Part shown: positions 1-8,434 of the stretch, piece after piece
Position numbering within the stretch: the first letter of the stretch is position 1
How the letters are laid out: each line of letters starts with the position of its first letter
Assembly: GCA_038231135.1 (NCBI GenBank)
Contig: JBBRLX010000001.1
Location: 10,090-74,089, forward strand
Source: Candidatus Eiseniibacteriota bacterium
Lineage (GTDB): Bacteria > Eisenbacteria > RBG-16-71-46
DNA: 64,000 nucleotides
Direction: 5' to 3'
Notes under the pieces: model-generated
Told to the model about the DNA's origin: nothing
The model's database searches: none
Seen by the model: only the letters and a program-made list of their open reading frames with translations
Made by a program: the position numbers and the translations under genes

Positions 1-1
1 C

Positions 2-424
2 GCGCGGCGCTCGCGCGGCACGCCGCGCGTGGCGAACCGGCTGCTGCGGCGCGTGCGCGACTTCGCGCTGATCAAGGCCGACGGCATCGTGACGCTGCCC
101 GCCACGCGCGAGGCGCTCAAGCTCATGGAAGTCGACGAGCGCGGGCTCGACGAGATGGACCGCCGCCTGCTGGACGCGCTGATCACCAAGTACCAGGGCG
201 GCCCGGTCGGATTGAACACGCTGGCCGTGGTGGTGGGCGAGGAGTCGGGCACGCTGGAGGACGTCTACGAGCCGTTCCTCGTGCAGGAGGGGTTTGTGCG
301 GCGCACGCCGCGCGGCCGCGAGGCCACGCCGCTCGCGTATACGCACCTGGGTTACGAGGTGCCGGCGGCGCTGCGCGCCGGCGAGCCCTCGCGGATCCGG
401 CAGCCCGAACTGCCGCTGTCCTGA
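2..424 (+). CDS. ruvB: Holliday junction DNA helicase RuvB, C-terminal portion (5' end lies outside the window)
   Basis: The open frame runs from the window edge to the stop at 424. The translation ([15 protein letters not shown]...[29 protein letters not shown]...RTPRGR) matches the RuvB C-terminal winged-helix region. Confidence 0.85.
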   Translation, partial: ARRSRGTPRVANRLLRRVRDFALIKADGIVTLPATREALKLMEVDERGLDEMDRRLLDALITKYQGGPVGLNTLAVVVGEESGTLEDVYEPFLVQEGFVRRTPRGREATPLAYTHLGYEVPAALRAGEPSRIRQPELPLS

Positions 425-456
425 GCGCCCCCGGCAGCGACGCGGCGCGAGAGCCG

Positions 457-1485
457 ATGCGGCTCGAGGATCTCGACTACGCGTTGCCCGAGGAACTGAT
501 CGCGCAGCACCCCGCCGCGCGCCGCGAGGACGCGCGCCTGCTCGTCGTCGATCGCACGCGAGGCACGCTCGAGGATGCGGTGTTCGCGGACCTGGGGCGG
601 TTCCTGGTCCCCGGCGACCGGCTGGTGGTGAACGAGACGCGCGTGCGTCCGGCCCGGCTCGAGGTGCGCCGCCCGAGCGGCGGGCGGATCGAGTTGCTGC
701 TGGTGCGTCCCGAGCCCGACGGTTCGTGGCGCGCACTCGCGCGGCCCGCCAAGCGCGCGGTGCCGGGCACGGTGCTCGCGACCGCGGATGGCGGCCTCGA
801 GCTGGAAGTCGTGGGCGCGGGCGAGGACGGCGAGCGCAGCGTGCGCGTGACGCGCGGCGATCTCGCCGCGACACTCGATCGCGAGGGCGAGGTGCCGCTG
901 CCCCCCTACATCCACCGCCCGGTCGAGCCGGCCGACCGCGAGCGCTACCAGACCGTGTTCGCGCGCACCGACGGCGCGGTCGCCGCGCCCACGGCCGGAC
1001 TGCATTTCTCGACCGGTCTGCTCGCGGCGCTCGCCGCCCGCGACATCGGGACGCTGCCGGTCACACTCCACGTCGGTCCCGGCACGTTCCGGCCGGTGAC
1101 CACGGAGGATCCGCGCGAGCATCGCATGGACGCAGAATGGTTCGAGGTGCCGGCGGCCACCGTCGCCGGGATCGCGACCGCCCGCGCCGGCGGGCGCCGC
1201 TCCGTGGCCGTGGGCACGACGTCGGTGCGCGCGCTGGAGTCGGCGTGCGATCTCAACGGCGACGTGCTGGCGCCGGCGTCGGGCTGGACGCGCGCGTTCA
1301 TCGTGCCCCCGCACCGGTTCCGCGCCGTGGATGCGCTGATCACGAACTTCCACCTGCCGCGCACCACGCTGCTGCTGCTGGTCGCGGCGTTCGCGGGAGC
1401 GGAGACGATGCGGCGCGCGTACGCCCACGCCATCGCGAAGCGCTATCGGTTCTATTCGTACGGCGACGCGATGCTGATTGTGTGA
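457..1485 (+). CDS. queA: S-adenosylmethionine:tRNA ribosyltransferase-isomerase
   Basis: The 342-aa product begins MRLEDLDYALPEELIAQHPA and contains LPPYIHRP, TDGAVAAPTAGLHF and ITNFHLPRTTLL, all typical of QueA. It lies downstream of ruvB, as in many genomes. Confidence 0.9.
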   Translation: MRLEDLDYALPEELIAQHPAARREDARLLVVDRTRGTLEDAVFADLGRFLVPGDRLVVNETRVRPARLEVRRPSGGRIELLLVRPEPDGSWRALARPAKRAVPGTVLATADGGLELEVVGAGEDGERSVRVTRGDLAATLDREGEVPLPPYIHRPVEPADRERYQTVFARTDGAVAAPTAGLHFSTGLLAALAARDIGTLPVTLHVGPGTFRPVTTEDPREHRMDAEWFEVPAATVAGIATARAGGRRSVAVGTTSVRALESACDLNGDVLAPASGWTRAFIVPPHRFRAVDALITNFHLPRTTLLLLVAAFAGAETMRRAYAHAIAKRYRFYSYGDAMLIV

Positions 1486-1542
1486 TAGGCGGCGGGCGGT
1501 TCATGGCGCCGGCGATACTCCACGACTTGCCTGCGGCGCGCA

Positions 1543-2145
1543 TTACATCGGAATCGTAGCGTCCGGCTCCGCGCGCCCCAGGCCGCGCGCCGCGAGCTTC
1601 ACCAGCTCACGGGCGCCGGGCAGCTCGCCGCGGCCACCGGCGCGGATCCGGCCCTCGGCGTCGATGACGAACCACGAGATCGAGTTGCGTTGCGTCACGG
1701 GGTCGATGCTCGAATAGAGGCCGCCGATTACGCACTGGGGATCGGCGATCACGCCGCACTTGAGGTGCAGGCGCCGCGTGAGCCGGGCGACCGAGCCGAC
1801 CCGCATGTCGAACGCGGCCACCGGCCACACCCCGATTCCCGCGAGCGCGGGTAGCGCGCGGTCGAGGTCGGCGAGCTGCGCATCGCGCGCTCCGAACACC
1901 AGCAACACCGGGCCCTGGGCCATCAGCTGCCGGAACTCGTGCCACGCGCCGTCGGCGCCGAGATAGGAGAACGCCGGCGCGGGGTCGCCGATCACGACGC
2001 GGCCGTTGGGCTCGCCATCACTGCGCCAGCCATTGCCGGGCTCGGTGTCGCGCTCGACGACGGCGGACGAGGTGAGGCCCTCGGCCGCCAGGACTCGTGT
2101 GGCGGGCAGCAACAACAGCCCGGCGATCAATACTCGGCGCAGCAT
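1543..2145 (-). CDS. Secreted thioredoxin-fold (redoxin/AhpC-TSA-like) protein; canonical catalytic Cys not evident
   Basis: The ATG at 2145 is preceded by GAGGAG. It gives a signal peptide (MLRRVLIAGLLLLPATRVLAA) followed by GDPAPAF...VLLVFGA, a redoxin-like pattern. The longer 266-aa ORF-track version has no ribosome binding site. Confidence 0.45.
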   Translation of the reverse strand: MLRRVLIAGLLLLPATRVLAAEGLTSSAVVERDTEPGNGWRSDGEPNGRVVIGDPAPAFSYLGADGAWHEFRQLMAQGPVLLVFGARDAQLADLDRALPALAGIGVWPVAAFDMRVGSVARLTRRLHLKCGVIADPQCVIGGLYSSIDPVTQRNSISWFVIDAEGRIRAGGRGELPGARELVKLAARGLGRAEPDATIPM

Positions 2146-2356
2146 GACGGAACGCTCCTCGCGAAAGGGACCGGAATGGGATGAACGATGCGGATGGGTG
2201 CACTGCGAGGACTGCAATCTCAGGGCCACCCGCAACTCATGACGGTTGCTCGGATGCGGCGGCAGAGGACCTGCAGAAACCCACGTGCGCTGTGCGAATT
2301 GCCGCAGGCGCCGGGGGGTGTTCCCCCGATTGCGCGAATCCACCCGGCGCCAAACG

Positions 2357-2375
2357 ACGTTACGTGTTACGTAAC
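2357..2375. promoter_or_regulatory. Candidate operator: the sequence ACGTTACGTGTTACGTAAC contains a perfect 10-bp palindrome (GTTACGTAAC) with an adjacent GTTACGT half-site repeat
   Basis: The site was seen directly in the sequence. It sits in an AT-enriched patch about 150 bp upstream of the PqqD-like gene start, inside the 380-bp non-coding leader of the RiPP-like operon. Confidence 0.25.
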
Positions 2376-2526
2376 TCCGCGCCGGGGTGCCGCCTCGGCC
2401 TTGGAACTCATCTTGCGTTATCCCGACGTGACGCAGTGCGAGCAGGCGTTATTCCGTGCCCGCCGCCGCATGCACGTATGTGCTCGCTCCCATTTCATCC
2501 AGACCCGGCGAGGAGGCTCGACAACC

Positions 2527-2808
2527 ATGACCGACACCACCCTCGTGCATGCCCGCACCCGCCACCTCTGGCAGGAGCTGGGCGACGAAGGCGTCATCCT
2601 CGACCTCGACGCAGGCACGTATTTCGGCCTCAACGCCGTGGGCCGCCTGGTGTGGAAGCAAATCCAGTCGCCGTGCACGCTCGCGATGCTCCGGCAGAGC
2701 GTGATGGCCGAGTTCGACGTCGACGCCAAACGCTGCGACCTGGACCTGAGGGCGTTGCTCCAGGCGTTCGCCGCCCGCGGCATGATCGATATGGACGCGG
2801 CCGCATGA
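2527..2808 (+). CDS. PqqD-family RiPP recognition element (lasso peptide B1-like)
   Basis: The ATG at 2527 follows a GGAGG site. The 93-aa product (TRHLWQELGDEGVILDLDAGTYFGLNAVGRLVWKQIQ...) has the PqqD/RRE signature, and its stop overlaps the next start (ATGATGA). Confidence 0.8.
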   Translation: MTDTTLVHARTRHLWQELGDEGVILDLDAGTYFGLNAVGRLVWKQIQSPCTLAMLRQSVMAEFDVDAKRCDLDLRALLQAFAARGMIDMDAAA

Positions 2809-3248
2809 TGAATCCCCGCGCCTGGGCTGTCCTCGAGATCGCGCTCGTATCCGCGCTGCTGCTCCCGTCCGTGCGTGTCGCCGCGGCCCGCGAGCCGTTG
2901 CCGAGGACACGGGCCCGCCTGCGGCGCCTGCTGCGGTCTCGGCGCCGCCCCGCGCGCATCGATGCGGCCGGAGTCGGGCGTGTCGTCTCCGCGATCGGAC
3001 GTCGGATGCCGGGAATCGGAACGTGCCTCACGCATGCGCTCCTCGCCGAGGCGCTGTTGCGCCGCGAGGGACATGCGGCGCGGCTCGTGATCGGCGTCGA
3101 GCGTCCGGAGCACCGACGGCTTGCTGCACATGCTTGGATCGAGAGCCAGGGCGCGGTCGTCGTCGGATCCGCCCGGGATCTCGATCGTTTCACACCCCTC
3201 GCGATGGGAAGGGATTCCCCCAACCCTCGGTCCGCAGGGACCGGATGA
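2805..3248 (+). CDS. Lasso-peptide B2-like transglutaminase-fold cysteine protease (leader peptidase)
   Basis: The 147-aa product carries GTCLTHALLAEALLRREGHAARLVIGVER...AAHAWIESQGAVVVG, the Cys...His-Ala-Trp pattern of B2 proteases. It is translationally coupled to the PqqD-like gene by a 4-nt overlap. Confidence 0.8.
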   Translation: MMNPRAWAVLEIALVSALLLPSVRVAAAREPLPRTRARLRRLLRSRRRPARIDAAGVGRVVSAIGRRMPGIGTCLTHALLAEALLRREGHAARLVIGVERPEHRRLAAHAWIESQGAVVVGSARDLDRFTPLAMGRDSPNPRSAGTG

Positions 3249-3265
3249 ACCCGAAAGGAGCACAT

Positions 3266-3385
3266 ATGCACGAGAACGAAACCCGCAAACCGTACGTTAC
3301 CCCGGAACTCGTCGAGTTCGGCTCGGTGGCCGATCTCACCGAGCGGCTCGGCAGCGGCTTCTGCGACGGCAACTGCAAGCAGTGA
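3266..3385 (+). CDS. Candidate RiPP precursor peptide (39 aa, lasso-like leader)
   Basis: The ATG at 3266 is preceded by AAAGGAG and lies 17 nt after the B2 stop. The product is MHENETRKPYVTPELVEFGSVADLTERLGSGFCDGNCKQ. Its leader resembles the Y-x-x-P-x-L-x3-G-x5-T-x lasso leader motif, with Thr at -2 before a core beginning RLGSGFCDGNCKQ. Confidence 0.6.
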   Translation: MHENETRKPYVTPELVEFGSVADLTERLGSGFCDGNCKQ

Positions 3386-3447
3386 CCCTCGAACCTCGGC
3401 GGCGCGCCGGAGAGACAACCGGCGCGCCGTTCGCGTTCGGCGGCCTT

Positions 3448-4419
3448 ATGACTTCGAAGCTCTACCACGTGTTCGGCACCGTGCTCGAGAGCGACATCGA
3501 GTTGCCCGAGCTGCCCGCGGCTCTCCGGCACGAAGTGCCCGATTGGTCGTGTCATGCGCGCGCCGCGGCTTCGAGCGACACGCCGAGCCCGTCGAGCCGC
3601 ATCCAATGGCTGCATCGCTCGCACGGTGAAGACGGCCGCGTGTGGATCGCCGTCGGCCGCCGCGGCTCCGGGTACGTGATTCGCGTACCGCGTATCGCGG
3701 AGTTCGCGATCGCCGCCGACGGATCCAGGATTCAGTGGCAATGCGTGCGCGGACTCCCGCCGCACACGCTGCGCCACCTGCTGCTCGACCATGTGCTGCC
3801 GCGCGTGCTCGACCTGCGCGGTGCGCTGGTGCTGCACGCCGGTGCCGTCGCCACCTCGGCCGGCGCAGTTCTGCTGCTCGGCGGCAGTGGCCGCGGCAAG
3901 TCGACGCTCACCACCAGCCTCGCCCAGCGCGGGTTCGAGATCCTCGGCGACGACGTGATCGTGCTGCGCATGATCGACGGCTGCTGGCACGCGGTGCCGA
4001 GCTACCCCGGGTTGCGGCTGTGGTCGGATTCCGCGGACCGGCTGCTCGCGGACGGCGGGTGCGTGGGACAGGTCGCGCACTACACGGACAAAACGCGTGG
4101 TGATGCGCGCAGCATGGGGGCGCGGTTCGCGACCGGCCCGGTGTCGCTCGCCCGTGCCTATGTGCTCGAACCCGCGGCGGCCGATGCGATCCCGGCGGTG
4201 GGCGCGATGTCGCCCGGCGCCACGTTCGGCGAAGTCGCGGCGCACACGTTTCGCTTCGATCCCGGCGCGCGCGAGGCGCTGCGCGACGAACTCGCGACCC
4301 TCGGCCATCTCGCCATGCAGCCGTGGTTCCGCACGCTGAGCGTGCCACGGTCGTACGATGCGCTCGACCTGGTGCACGACACCATCGTGCGGGACCTCGA
4401 ACGTGGAGTTGCGGCGTGA
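3448..4419 (+). CDS. HPr kinase/phosphorylase-like serine kinase (RiPP-associated HprK homolog)
   Basis: The 323-aa product starts MTSKLYHVFGTVLESDIELPEL and has the P-loop LLLGGSGRGKSTLTTSL. This matches the HprK-like kinases found in phosphorylated-lasso clusters. Confidence 0.75.
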   Translation: MTSKLYHVFGTVLESDIELPELPAALRHEVPDWSCHARAAASSDTPSPSSRIQWLHRSHGEDGRVWIAVGRRGSGYVIRVPRIAEFAIAADGSRIQWQCVRGLPPHTLRHLLLDHVLPRVLDLRGALVLHAGAVATSAGAVLLLGGSGRGKSTLTTSLAQRGFEILGDDVIVLRMIDGCWHAVPSYPGLRLWSDSADRLLADGGCVGQVAHYTDKTRGDARSMGARFATGPVSLARAYVLEPAAADAIPAVGAMSPGATFGEVAAHTFRFDPGAREALRDELATLGHLAMQPWFRTLSVPRSYDALDLVHDTIVRDLERGVAA

Positions 4420-5615
4420 ACCTCGAGCTCGTGCAACGACGCAGTGCCCCCGGCAAGGGCAGCCTCGCTCTCGAGCTGCGGGTGCTGCTCGACGTGGCGC
4501 GCACCCGGCTGTCGCGCGAACGCCGGCATCACGTCCAGTCCACGATTGCGGGCGGACTCGATGCCGATCGCCTGCTGGCGCTGGCAGCCGGGCACGGCCT
4601 GGTACCGCTGCTGCACCATCATCTTGGCGCGACCGGCGAGCTGCCGGAGCCGGCGCACGAACGGCTGCGCGTCGCCGCGCGCGAGAGCGCGATGCTGAAC
4701 ATGGCGCTGTACGCTGAGCTCCACCGCCTGCTCGACGCGCTGGACGCCGCCGCGATTCCCGTCGTGCCCTACAAGGGCCCGGCGCTCGCGGTGTCGCTCT
4801 ATGGCAACATCGCGCTGCGCGAGTTCCGCGATCTAGATCTTTTAGTAAGGCCCGAGGATGTGCTGCGCGTGAAGCCGCTGCTGCTCGATCGGGGCTACCG
4901 GCCCGAATACTCGCTGTCTGAGGCCGCCGAGCGCATTCACCTACGAGAATCTTGCGATTATCAGTTCGGCCGCAGCCGCGGGCGTGGCGTCGTCGAGGTG
5001 CACTGGGCGTTGCTGCCGCGCTACCTGTCGCGGCCCATGGAGAGCGGCTGCTGGCAGCGCCTGGTGCCGCGCATGCTCGGCAACCGCCAGGTGCGCGGAC
5101 TCGCGAGCGAAGACTTGTTGTTGTACCTGTGCGGCCACGGCACCAAGCACGGCTGGGAGCGACTGACGTGGCTCGTCGACGTGGCTGAATGCGTGCGCGC
5201 CGACGCCGGCCTCGACTGGGACCGGCTGCGCATGCGCGCCGAGCTGCTCAAGGCCAGTCGCGTGCTTCGGCTTAGCCTCGCGATGGCGCGCGATCACCTG
5301 TCGCTGGAGCTGCCCGACGAGATCTCGTCATGGATCGACGAGGACGGCGAGCTGCCGCGCGTGATGCGTTCGATCGCGAACGGCTGGCACGATCCCCGGC
5401 CGCGCCGGGCGATCACCACGACGCTGATGCATCTGGCCACCCGGGATACTCCGGAGGAACGGTTCCGCTATCTCGTGAAACGCGCCACGAACCTCAACGA
5501 GCACGACTGGTCCTTTGTCGCTTTGCCGGAATCGCTCGTCGGGTTGTACTACCCCTTACGCGTCGTGCGACTGGCGGGGGAGGGGTTGGCGAAGATGGGG
5601 AAGACGGGAACCTGA
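4416..5615 (+). CDS. Nucleotidyltransferase-family protein (PF14907-like, RiPP-cluster associated)
   Basis: The GTG at 4416 overlaps the kinase stop (GTGA). The ~400-aa product contains VVPYKGPALAVSLYGNIALREFRDLDLLVRPED and LYLCGHGTKHGWERLTWLVD, typical of the uncharacterised NTase family seen next to HprK-like kinases in lasso clusters. Confidence 0.7.
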   Translation: MNLELVQRRSAPGKGSLALELRVLLDVARTRLSRERRHHVQSTIAGGLDADRLLALAAGHGLVPLLHHHLGATGELPEPAHERLRVAARESAMLNMALYAELHRLLDALDAAAIPVVPYKGPALAVSLYGNIALREFRDLDLLVRPEDVLRVKPLLLDRGYRPEYSLSEAAERIHLRESCDYQFGRSRGRGVVEVHWALLPRYLSRPMESGCWQRLVPRMLGNRQVRGLASEDLLLYLCGHGTKHGWERLTWLVDVAECVRADAGLDWDRLRMRAELLKASRVLRLSLAMARDHLSLELPDEISSWIDEDGELPRVMRSIANGWHDPRPRRAITTTLMHLATRDTPEERFRYLVKRATNLNEHDWSFVALPESLVGLYYPLRVVRLAGEGLAKMGKTGT

Positions 5616-5862
5616 AAGCCGAAGGCCAGCCACGTCCCCGGTCTGATCTGTTACCAGTGTGCCCGGTCCGTACCGACGAATTACCTTGACGTGCTTTCGA
5701 GCTGACCTTCCGGTACCTCGCCGCATGTCGTTTCGATCCACGCCTGTGCGCCCACAACGCGAGTTTGCGATCCCGTTCGCTCATCGACGCGGATGCCTCT
5801 CATAACTCAGCGCTTAACGCGATCTCACGCGATCTGCGAGCCTGAAATCAGGCCGCGCTACA

Positions 5863-6640
5863 ATGATCGCGTCAACGCCCCCGCTCATTCCATTCCGCGA
5901 GCGTCCCATGAACAGCAACGCGTTTCGCCACATCGCCGACCGGACCCTGCTTCAGAATCTCGACGCGACAGTTCGAGTTGATTGCGGCACCACGGCCAGG
6001 ATGCTGGGCGAGATCGGCGAGGTCGATAGGCTCCGGCTGTACCTGGGTGAAGGCCACCCGTCGATGTACGCGTACTGCGTGAACGTGCTGAACATGTCGC
6101 CCGACATCGCGTACAAGCGCATCCGCGTCGCTCGCGCGCCCGGCGGTTCCCGGCGCTTTACAAGCTGGTTGCTGAAGGCCGGTTGCATCTCAGTGCCATC
6201 GTGATGCTGGCGCCGTATCTGACGCGAGACAACGCCGACGACTTGGTGGCGGTGGCCACACGCAAGACCAAGATCGAGATCGAACTGCTGATCGCCGAGC
6301 GCTTCCCGCGGTTGGATCTGGCGACGCAGATCAAGCCGATCTCCCCGTGGACCCCGCAACTGGCCCCGGGGCCAGTTGAAGCGACCCCGCCGAGGCCAAA
6401 GCTCACGCCGCTGTCGCCGGAAAGATTTGGGTTGCAGGTCACGATCGACCGGAGCACATACGACACGCTATTGCTTGCGAAAGCGTTGCTCAGTCACGCG
6501 ATGCCATCTGGCAACGTCGTGGAAGTGCTCGACCGGGCGCTGGACGTGCTCACCAGCAGCTCGAGCTGCGCATGTTCGCGGCGACGGACAAGCCCCGCGC
6601 CTGTGGATTGCTCACGGCTTCCGCGTTCCGCAGATCATAA
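5863..6640 (+). pseudogene. Degraded DUF222/HNH-endonuclease-family gene (13E12-repeat type), frameshifted and 3'-truncated
   Basis: Two ORF-track fragments in different frames (5863..6204 and 6183..6755) together align to the DUF222 N-terminal region (YLGEGHPSMYAYCVNVLNMSPDIAYKRIRVAR...RRFPALYKLVAEGRLHLSAIVMLAPYLT...). There is a 1-nt frameshift near 6140 and a second shift near 6555. The HNH nuclease domain is missing, and GC is lower here. Confidence 0.6.
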
Positions 6641-8185
6641 CGGCATGTTCCCGTGCTTCTTCCACGGCAGCGTCTGGCGCTTGTTGCGCAGCATCTCGAG
6701 CGCGGCGATCAGCCGGGGCCGCGTGTCGCGGGGGTCGATGACGTCGTCGAGGTAGCCCAGCTCGGCGGCGGCCCACGGGCTCGCGAACTTGTCGTTGTAC
6801 TCGGCGATTAGCCGCTTGCGCTCGGCCGCCGGGTCCTTGGCCTTCGCGATCTCTTCGCGATAGAGAATATTTACGGCGCCGTCGGCGCCCATCACGGCCA
6901 TCTCGGCGCTCGGCCACGCCACGTTGAAATCGCCGCGGATGTGCTTGCTCGACATGACGTCGTACGCGCCGCCGTAGGCCTTGCGCACGACGACCGTCAG
7001 CTTGGGCACGGTGGCCTCACAGTAGGCGTACAGCAGCTTGGCGCCGTGGCGGATGATGCCGCCCCATTCCTGGCGGGTGCCGGGCAGGAACCCGGGCACG
7101 TCCTCGAACGTCACGAGGGGCACATTGTACGCGTCACAGGTGCGTACGAACCGGGCGCCCTTGACCGACGAGTCGATGTCGAGCACCCCGGCGAGCACAT
7201 TGGGCTGGTTCCCGACGATCCCCACGGGCCGTCCGTTGAGCCGCGCGAAGCCCACGATTAGATTGCCGGCGAAGTGCTCGTGGACCTCGAAGAACTCGCC
7301 GTCATCCACGATGCGCCGCACGACGTCTGTCATATCATAGGGCTTGTCCGAGGACTCGGGCACCACTGTGGCCAGCTCCTGGTCGCGGCGGTCGACGGGA
7401 TCGGTGCAGGCGCGGCGCGGGGGCTCTTCCATGTTATTGGCAGGCAGGAACGAGAGCAGGCGTTTCACAGTGCGCAAGGCATCGGCGTCGTCCTGTGCGG
7501 CGAAATGCGCGACGCCGCTCTTCGAGTTGTGCGTCATCGCGCCGCCGAGATCCTCGAACGAGACTTCTTCGGACGTCACGGCGCGGATCACCTCGGGGCC
7601 GGTGACGAACATGTGGCTCGTGCCCTCGACCATGATCGTGAAGTCGGTGATCGCGGGGGAGTACACGGCGCCGCCCGCGCACGGGCCCATCACGGCTGAG
7701 ATCTGTGGCACCACGCCCGATGCCAGCGTGTTGCGCAGGAAGATATCGGCGTAGGCGCCGAGCGATACCACGCCCTCCTGAATACGCGCGCCGCCGGAGT
7801 CGTTCAGTCCGACGACCGGCGCGCCATTGTCCATCGCGAGATCCATGATATTGCAGATCTTGCGGGCGTTGGCCTCGCTCATCGTGCCGCCGAACACGGT
7901 GAAGTCCTGGGCGAAGCAGTAGACCTGCCGGCCGTCGATCGTGCCCCAGCCGGCGACCACGCCATCCCCGGTGATCTTCTTCTTCTCCATCCCAAAGTCG
8001 GTCGAGCGGTGGGTGACGAACGTGCCCAACTCGACGAACGATCCGGCGTCGAGCAGCAACTCCAGACGCTCGCGGGCGGTGAGAATGCCCTTGGCGTGGA
8101 GTTTGGCGACGCGCTCGGGCCCGCCGCCGGCCAGGGATTCCTCGCGGCGCCGCTGGAGTTCGGCCAGACGCTGCTCTTTGTTCAA
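6635..8185 (-). CDS. pccB: Propionyl-CoA / methylmalonyl-CoA carboxyltransferase beta subunit
   Basis: The 516-aa product has the full carboxyltransferase signatures ([39 protein letters not shown]). Confidence 0.9.
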   Translation of the reverse strand: MNKEQRLAELQRRREESLAGGGPERVAKLHAKGILTARERLELLLDAGSFVELGTFVTHRSTDFGMEKKKITGDGVVAGWGTIDGRQVYCFAQDFTVFGGTMSEANARKICNIMDLAMDNGAPVVGLNDSGGARIQEGVVSLGAYADIFLRNTLASGVVPQISAVMGPCAGGAVYSPAITDFTIMVEGTSHMFVTGPEVIRAVTSEEVSFEDLGGAMTHNSKSGVAHFAAQDDADALRTVKRLLSFLPANNMEEPPRRACTDPVDRRDQELATVVPESSDKPYDMTDVVRRIVDDGEFFEVHEHFAGNLIVGFARLNGRPVGIVGNQPNVLAGVLDIDSSVKGARFVRTCDAYNVPLVTFEDVPGFLPGTRQEWGGIIRHGAKLLYAYCEATVPKLTVVVRKAYGGAYDVMSSKHIRGDFNVAWPSAEMAVMGADGAVNILYREEIAKAKDPAAERKRLIAEYNDKFASPWAAAELGYLDDVIDPRDTRPRLIAALEMLRNKRQTLPWKKHGNMPL

Positions 8186-8434
8186 GACGCCTCCAATGGG
8201 AAGGACACCTGCGGGGAACCCCGGGCATGGAACCGGATTCCCGCAGCCCGGTCAAGAACGGCCGCCAAATTCGAAGAGATGCACGGGTCACCGGCGTGCA
8301 TTAGAGTGGCGGCGCTCGGAATGCGTTCCGCCTCTCCGGATCGAATTCCGGCGGCTGCAGTCGGGCCTCGGCTACTCTCCGGTGATCTCGTGGCCCGCCG
8401 GAGCCGGAAGCATCCGCACCTTTCGGAGGATTCA

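Noticed and set aside
294-1559. 421-aa Arg/Ala-rich ORF, plus 352..1428 on the minus strand
   Set aside because: It is out of frame with or antisense to queA. The extreme Arg/Ala/Gly composition is typical of spurious ORFs in 70% GC DNA. queA explains the region.
2188-2526. N-terminal extension of the PqqD-like ORF (MRMGALRG...) and 3023..3265 upstream extension of the precursor ORF
   Set aside because: The extensions are Arg/Cys-rich junk and lack a ribosome binding site. Internal ATGs at 2527 and 3266 have strong GGAGG or AAAGGAG sites and give canonical N-termini.
3190-4377. 395-aa minus-strand ORF across the precursor and kinase genes
   Set aside because: It is antisense to coherent, motif-bearing genes (P-loop kinase). 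It shows biased Arg/Ala composition and has no ribosome binding site.
2146-6634. Search for an asparagine-synthetase-like lasso cyclase (C) or ABC exporter (D) near the B1/B2/A genes
   Set aside because: No 500-650-aa ORF with asparagine-synthase or ABC-transporter motifs exists on either strand in this interval or anywhere else in the window. The absence is reported as a finding rather than forcing a call.
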